A stretch of 58,842 nt of DNA, the filler included, from Bipalium vagum (Eukaryota), in the NCBI GenBank assembly GCA_037834085.1. It is 3 parts of 3 records of this genome, joined end to end, with 100 filler letters (N's around TTAATTAATTAA, not from the genome) between each part and the next. Parts side by side here need not be neighbours in the genome. Positions count along the whole stretch, not along the records: positions 42,919 to 58,842 come from JBBMKC010137938.1; 2 more parts are not named here. One strand, written 5' to 3'. Of this stretch, positions 52,701 through 58,842 are shown piece after piece (within the stretch, counting starts at the first letter, position 1; every line of letters starts with the position of its first letter). The notes under the pieces are model-generated. The model was not told the origin of the DNA. It worked only from the letters and a program-made list of their open reading frames with translations, and made no database searches. Made by a program: the position numbers and the translations under genes.

Positions 52701-55700
52701 TGGGTCATGTGCTGTTAAGGAGTATATAAACGTACTAGACAGGGTTATGAAACGACCCTAGAACCCATCGTCTTCCAAATCGGTGAAATTCTTACTTTGT
52801 TTAGTTTTCTATTTCTTTATTTTTAAATAATTACCATTTTATCTATCGATTATACTTAATTTGCTTTGAGTACATTTTAACTGTTTAATATTTTATTCGA
52901 TTAATTGTTTTGATTTCGTTATATTTGAGTTGCTGTAGATACTTGTCAGTATATAAATTTTTTGTGACAATTATTTGTGTATCTGTGTTAGTAGAATGAA
53001 GTTTCATTGTGATCGTTTTGATTAAATTATTTTCGAAAACGTTATTGAAAAACTGAAATAGTCAGTAAATTTTCGAGCTAAATGTTACGATAAGTTTTCA
53101 CAGAACTATAAAGCGTAAGACATTATTAAATGATAAAACCACTTTTAGCGAATAAGTCTCTCGTCATAATATTGAAATTTCAAGTGCAGATTTATTACCT
53201 AAAATAAAAAATTGAATTATAATTAACAAACATATTCAAGCAAAAAATTAAACGGAGCTGAAATAATCCATTAAAAATACAATATTATCCAATTATATTA
53301 TTCAACTACGCATTCTCGCAATTGCAATTATTTAATTTTTATGGGGAAACTCACAATGGATTTTCCTATTAGTTATGCTCTTTGCCAGTACGTAGACCAA
53401 GAATGTCGTTCAAAGTAGTAAGCATCCTGTACGATTTATCTCCCTTATTATTTTACTCTGTGATATTGGGAATTTCCTGTCTCTGAATAATCTGTAATAA
53501 GTTTTAAGGATTTCTTTTGATAACTGTTTACCAGTGAAATAGGTTATATTTTCTATTAATTTAAATGAAACGATTACTTTTTCACTTTTTATTTAATAAT
53601 CAAATTAATTAATGTCTTCATATTGATTTTCCAGTGGGTTTGGAATTAACAAATGATTTTAAAAATATTTTTCCAATATCTGATAAGCGTTTGATGAGAA
53701 GAATTTCATTGATTCAATATTTCCTGGGCTTGTTTTTTAATAATTCAATCATTTCAATTAATCAGTACCTGATTAATTTTACAAGATAAATCTCGGTATT
53801 ACATGTAATGTATACAGTGGTCTTCAAATGTTTTGTGTTGCGATCCACTTTGAGAGTCCAAATATTTTCGCGATCCCTATGGACTAAAATAAAAATAATA
53901 AAGTATATATTTTTTTAATTTAACACCAAAATTAAAATACATTCTATAATAACAACAGTGATAAGAAATTCTTCACTATTTTGTCTTCCAATAATATCAA
54001 TAAAATAAAAGAATAATTCTATTGAAAATTAGACTTCTCATATTTAAAGAATTTTTCCTTAAAAATACTTTACCATAACTTTGAAATTTCTCGAGACCCA
54101 CTGTTGGGTCATTCTCCAACCCCCGTTGAAGATCACTGTATTATATTATAACATATTTTCCTGATTTTATTATTTTATGGTTTATTGTTATTTTCAAATG
54201 TATTTAGCACCAAATAAATTTATTTGACAGATCTTTTTCTGCTCTACAGAGGTACTGTAACGTTTATATCATTTTATTTCATATAAATGAGATTTCTTTG
54301 GAGTTTAATTCCAAGTTGGTTAAAAGCATAATTTCTGTCACATATTACTATTTTATTTTAATCGATGTCAGATTTCATTTTTGAAAGGGATTACACAACC
54401 TTAAAAAATAATTTCAAAAGGTTTTTGTAACTATTATTGCTTCACCTTGTAAGGACGTTTCTACAGAAAAAGACATCACCATCATCAGTCAAAACTATGT
54501 TACTGGATATCAGTGTACCAGAATTAGAAAGATAAATCATTCGCTAAATCATGACACCATTCATACTTATATAAGCCCAATAGCAACAGACACTTGGCAG
54601 GTCAAACTAAGGGAGCTTTTCTTTTCCACGCAATATGTGGTAAACAGAAATTATTTTAAAGGTTATAAAAAAGGCTTGTTTTATTAAACGAAATGAGAGA
54701 AAATATTTAACCGGTTAAAGTTTTAATAAAAAATAAAATCCGGGGTAAAATCCCTAAAAATCAATTTTGAGGAAATGAAATATATTTTCTAAAAGAATGT
54801 TTCGTTCAAATAAAAGAGAAATAAATGAAAGTAAAAATTTCCTTTTCCATCAATAAATAGTTGAAAAAAGAAATCATCATAACCGCTAACAGATTTTCCA
54901 GAGACAGGAAACTTCAGAAAATCTTTTCTTCTTTTGATAGATTTTTCACCCTCTTTCTCATCGTATCGTTTCGCTGGAGAATAAGGAATATATATAACTT
55001 AAGGTAAACTCCATTGTTAGAGCTCGCAAAACATATGAAATATTTTGAAAAAAAATTAAAAAATTCTCCAATATCAAGTTTCGCTTGTGACGGCTGGAAA
55101 AATAATTCTAAATATAATCCTCGTTACATTTTTATCACTAATTATATTGAAAAATTTCTGCTGTGAAAATATTAAAATAATTTGACATTTCTCAGGGAAA
55201 GATAATTTTACTAAAATATTTAATATATAATATAAAAATATATGTGAATTAATTTGCAAACCGATACTTTTACTAACAAAATTATTCATGTAACTTTATT
55301 TTTAATTTAATCAATATATTTCTGTGATATTATACTTCTCAATGACATAATCAATGTGTTTAGATGATGATTATCCTGGGAGTCATTGTGGGAGTCATTA
55401 TTATTGTGATCATAGGTGAGATTGGATTTTAATTAATCAATAAAATTAAATTTTTTATTTTAATATCGATTTTCATAAAATCGATATAAATTTCATTTTT
55501 TGACGTAACACAGTTATCTTTTTTAAAGTTCTTTGTATATTTTTCAAAAATAACTAAAATTATTTAATGTACCATATGTCCGTAAAGTGTGGAAAATTTT
55601 GATTGATAATTTTTGTAATTTAACTTTCATTGGTTTTGTTTTATCAATAGAACAACAATCGAAGAACAATATTGGTAAAAAATCGTTTTTTTTTGTTTAA

Positions 55701-56976
55701 GAATATGGTTTTTAAAATGAAAATTTAGAATGCTGCATTTCTTTCTGGAAAAAGTGATACAGAATTTTAAGAGAATACGAAAGATGTCGCAATTTAAAAA
55801 ACGATAATTTACTGCATCAACGGTGCATAAATTAATGAAAAAATACTTATGAACTCGAATTCTTAAAGGCTTACCGCAATCGGGGGCGTCCTCTATTAAA
55901 TCAAATAAGAATGTTAATGCCATTGAAGCAGCTTCGTTTGTGTGCTAGGTTGAGGAGTGAAACATTCAAATCCGATATTTCACATTTATGCAGAGGATTA
56001 GAACTCCTCGAAAATGCAAATGACAAAATATATATTAACCCTGGATCGACTTTTCAAAAGAATTCATACTTTCGATTTGCAAATTAACCATTGGATTTTA
56101 TTGAATGATTCACAATTTGAATTCCCTTTTTCTTTTTGAGCTGTTCAATTCTGAAAGCATCATCTATGGCCTATGTGGTGTGCCCAATAAGTAGTGAGCC
56201 TAATGTAAACAGGTTAATGTAAATTAAAAATTATCAGGTCAGTCCATAAATTCGTGCGTATTGCATTATATCTTTGATTCTTCATTAAAAAATTAATGAG
56301 ATTTAAATAAAACTTGTTTAAATAAATCATTTTTAATCTTCGATCACGTGGTGAGGATTTACTTTTAAAATGGAAATTACCAATGAATACAAACGGCATA
56401 TTCTGTACTTTTTGTTTATGAGTGGGGAAAATGCAAGTACTGCATCAAAGAAAATTAATGCAGATCATGATGAAAATATAGTCAGTATAAGGATGGCACA
56501 GAAATAGTTCAAAAATTTTAAAGATGGGACACACCACGTATGTCGATCAAGCAGAATTTAGTTATCAGTTCTTTTCGATCAATAAAAGTATCAAAGAATC
56601 ACTTCTTAAGTGAATTAACTAATTACTAAAAATTTCTGTATAAAAGAAANNNNNNNNNNNNNNNNNNNNNNNNNNNNNNNNNNNNNNNNNNNNNNNNNNN
56701 NNNNNNNNNNNNNNNNNNNNNNNNNNNNNNNNNNNNNNNNNNNNNNNNNNNNNNNNNNNNNNNNNNNNNNNNNNNNNNNNNNNNNNNNNNNNNNNNNNNN
56801 NNNNNNNNNNNNNNNNNNNNNNNNNNNNNNNNATAAGATTACCGTTAAAATGACATTTAAAATTTATTGATTTAAAATTTTTTTTATTTATATTATTAAC
56901 ATATTGATTAAAATAAGTGATTTTCAAAATATTATTAATTTATTTATTATTTTTAGTTTCGGTCGTTAAAAAATGA
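49732..56976 (+). CDS. VAMP: synaptobrevin / vesicle-associated membrane protein (n-Syb/VAMP1-3-like R-SNARE)
   Basis: Exons 49732-49769, 49811-49892, 49937-50015, 50082-50161, 55364-55415 (TM: [17 protein letters not shown]) and a tentative last exon 56957-56976 (VSVVKK*). SNARE motif [65 protein letters not shown]. All introns GT-AG. The last exon is less certain than the rest. Confidence 0.93.
51050..52230 (-). pseudogene. decayed ORF of unknown family inside the VAMP intron
   Basis: Long coding-like frames with scattered stops ([16 protein letters not shown]; [22 protein letters not shown]; [11 protein letters not shown]; [17 protein letters not shown]). Confidence 0.4.
52400..52790 (+). 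repeat. dispersed repeat, copy A (open ~85-codon 3' ORF end plus structured tail)
   Basis: Open frame ...[23 protein letters not shown]...EENYW* ending near 52666; homologous to 48020-48375. Confidence 0.75.
53815..54138. mobile_element. MITE with hAT/Charlie-like ends, 324 bp
   Basis: TIRs CAGTGGTCTTCAA / TTGAAGATCACTG with subterminal GCGATCC/GAGACCC motifs. Flanks are TA and no clean 8-bp TSD is visible, so the superfamily is uncertain. Confidence 0.8.
56380..56530 (+). pseudogene. mariner transposase N-terminal fragment
   Basis: [22 protein letters not shown]...[15 protein letters not shown]. Confidence 0.75.
56650..56832. other. assembly gap
   Basis: Run of N. Confidence 0.99.
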
Positions 56977-57459
56977 TGCAACAAATAAAGTAGTTATTTT
57001 TGGAAATCCATGAATCTTAAAATTTTATTGATAATATTATTATTATTATTATTATTATAGAGAGTAGATTAAAATGATCTACGTTTGAGAGAACTAGCTT
57101 TTATTAGTATTTGTACTCTTTCTGGATCTTATAATTCAGGTAGCAGATATATAATATTGTTTGTTTGTTATGTTCCGTGCATGGAGTGATATTAATTACT
57201 TTATTGCCTCAATAGTCATTTCTATTGTTTTTATTCTTTATTATTGAAGTTGATGTAAAGTCTTGAAGAGTATTTCTGAAATGCAACATGTGAACCTATT
57301 TACCTTTTGTACTGAGCTGGAATGATAGTTAGCTTTATTTATTTGAACTGAAAATCTTATTATATAAATTATTTTACAACATGTGATCCTTTCTTTCAGA
57401 ATTATTTTAATTAATTCAGCCCTTTACGTGTCCGCTGAAACGACACTCGTCCACTCATT

Positions 57460-58400
57460 TATTATATTTTCCGAAATAATCTTTCCACAAGCCTATTTTT
57501 AAAAACTTGATAACAAAAGTTATTCACATTCTGATATCCATGAAAGATTATAAATATTCAAAATATGTTCCATGGGATTCGATACAATAGAAAATAGTCA
57601 CATGGTGATACATCAGACAAATACGGTAGATGTCCGATGACTATCGAACAATAAAAACATCTTTTCTTCTTCATATTCCGACCTAATTCGGACAATTCTT
57701 AACTACAACAATGTTAAACATTTAAATAATATTTCCAATTAACAGTTTGACCTTTTGAAACAAATTCCTTAAGAACTTTATCTTTTGAATCACAAAAAGT
57801 AACAAGCATTGTCTTAATTCTTGATTTTTGAAAATGCAATTTTTTGGGTTTCGGCTCATCTTCTGATTTCCATTTACTACTTTGGCGATTGGTTTGTGGA
57901 TCATATTTGAAACACCACGTCCTATCACCAGTTATAATTGAGTCAATATAATCTGGATTGTTTTCAATAATGTTGAGGATATCTTTACAATATTCAACAC
58001 GAGCTGTTTTTTGGTATTTATTTCATGCATGGGAAACAAACTTGGCACAAACCTTTCTTTTAACTAAATCTTTCGTTAAAAATACCCAAATTGTAAAGAC
58101 CTTTGTATTTAATTCTTCTGCTAACATTCTCACAGTCATTTTACCGTCAGAAGCAATGATTTCACGTACTTCTTCCACCAAATGTGGACGATTTTCAGCA
58201 TCCGGACGTCCAATCTTTTCATCGTCATTTAAATCATCACAACTATTTTTAAAATCGTGTAAACCATGTATAAACTTGTTTTCGAGACATTCAATCGTCA
58301 CCATAAGCTTTTTGCAGAAATTCATAAGTCTCTGTAAATTTTTTCCCGATTTTAAAAGAAAATTTAATATTTGTTCTTTGTTCCACTGTAAATCTATGAC
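57460..58400 (-). pseudogene. irritans-like mariner transposase pseudogene
   Basis: EQRTNIKF...YGDD*MSRKQVYTWFTRF...DDEKIGRP...TVRMLAEEL...KRKVCAKFVSH; ITGDRTWCFKYDPQTNRQS; KTMLVTF; frameshifted. Confidence 0.9.
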
Positions 58401-58828
58401 ATAAGCATGATATGTACAGTAGGTTGCCAAATTATTGTGAACATTTTTTTGCTAAATTTTAACTTTCAGAGTTTTTTTTGGAATGGAAGATAAGAAATTT
58501 ATCAAAATTTTGTTGATACTAGTTTCCGGTAATGTTAAGAAATATGGAAACATGTCTTCGAATATCAAATTAAAGATACATTTAGTCATAAGAAGTTATT
58601 AACGGACATGAGTCTCAAAAATGAATCGGATGGCACTTTATATTTATCTGTTTTTAATAAATTAACCGGTTTTGGAAGCAGCAAAAATGTAAAGAAATAG
58701 TTTTTAATACAAGAAAATTAAAATACTGCAATTATTTATATTAATTGCCCTTAAAATGTTTGTTATTTTGTTTAAAAACGGTAAAGAAAAATAGTAAACG
58801 ACATTAAAAATAAAAATGACAAAATAAA

Positions 58829-58842
58829 GGTTGTACACCTAA
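58829..58842. mobile_element. mariner TIR end (GTTGTACACCTAA), same family as the 5377 terminus
   Basis: The last 13 nt are identical to the right TIR end of the 4160-5377 element. Confidence 0.6.

Noticed and set aside
52690-52775. Hammerhead ribozyme call for the three-stem tail (CTGTTAAG...AGAC)
   Set aside because: The core deviates from CUGANGA/GAAA/NUH at several positions; kept only as an unclassified structure.
53280-53390. Possible MULE transposase fragment (FPISYAL)
   Set aside because: Too short and decayed to support.
57958-58404. 148-aa plus-strand ORF (and plus-strand ORFs at 4650-5162)
   Set aside because: Antisense shadows of mariner transposase pseudogenes.

Overview
Very AT-rich eukaryotic (animal) genomic DNA with short 41-66 nt spliceosomal introns, ATT microsatellites and three assembly gaps. 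An AT-rich invertebrate such as a flatworm is a reasonable guess, but this is inference only. I reconstructed four spliced host genes by hand: ARPC2 (minus strand, 6 exons, one intron with no AG at the expected acceptor), a neuronal-type synaptobrevin/VAMP (plus strand, transmembrane exon 5.2 kb downstream), a secreted PAN/Apple-domain protein (minus strand, 2 exons) and the 3' part of an orphan gene (minus strand). The rest is mostly decayed mobile DNA: many mariner, Tc1 and DD37E remnants and MITEs, plus a Polinton/Maverick (adintovirus-like) remnant. That remnant has a major capsid gene and a protein-primed DNA polymerase B interrupted by a strongly self-complementary, LTR-like 350-bp insert. 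There are also many decayed coding-like stretches that I cannot assign to any known family. Two of these are clearly homologous copies, and several end in structured motifs. All homology calls come from manual translation and remembered motifs; no searches were run.
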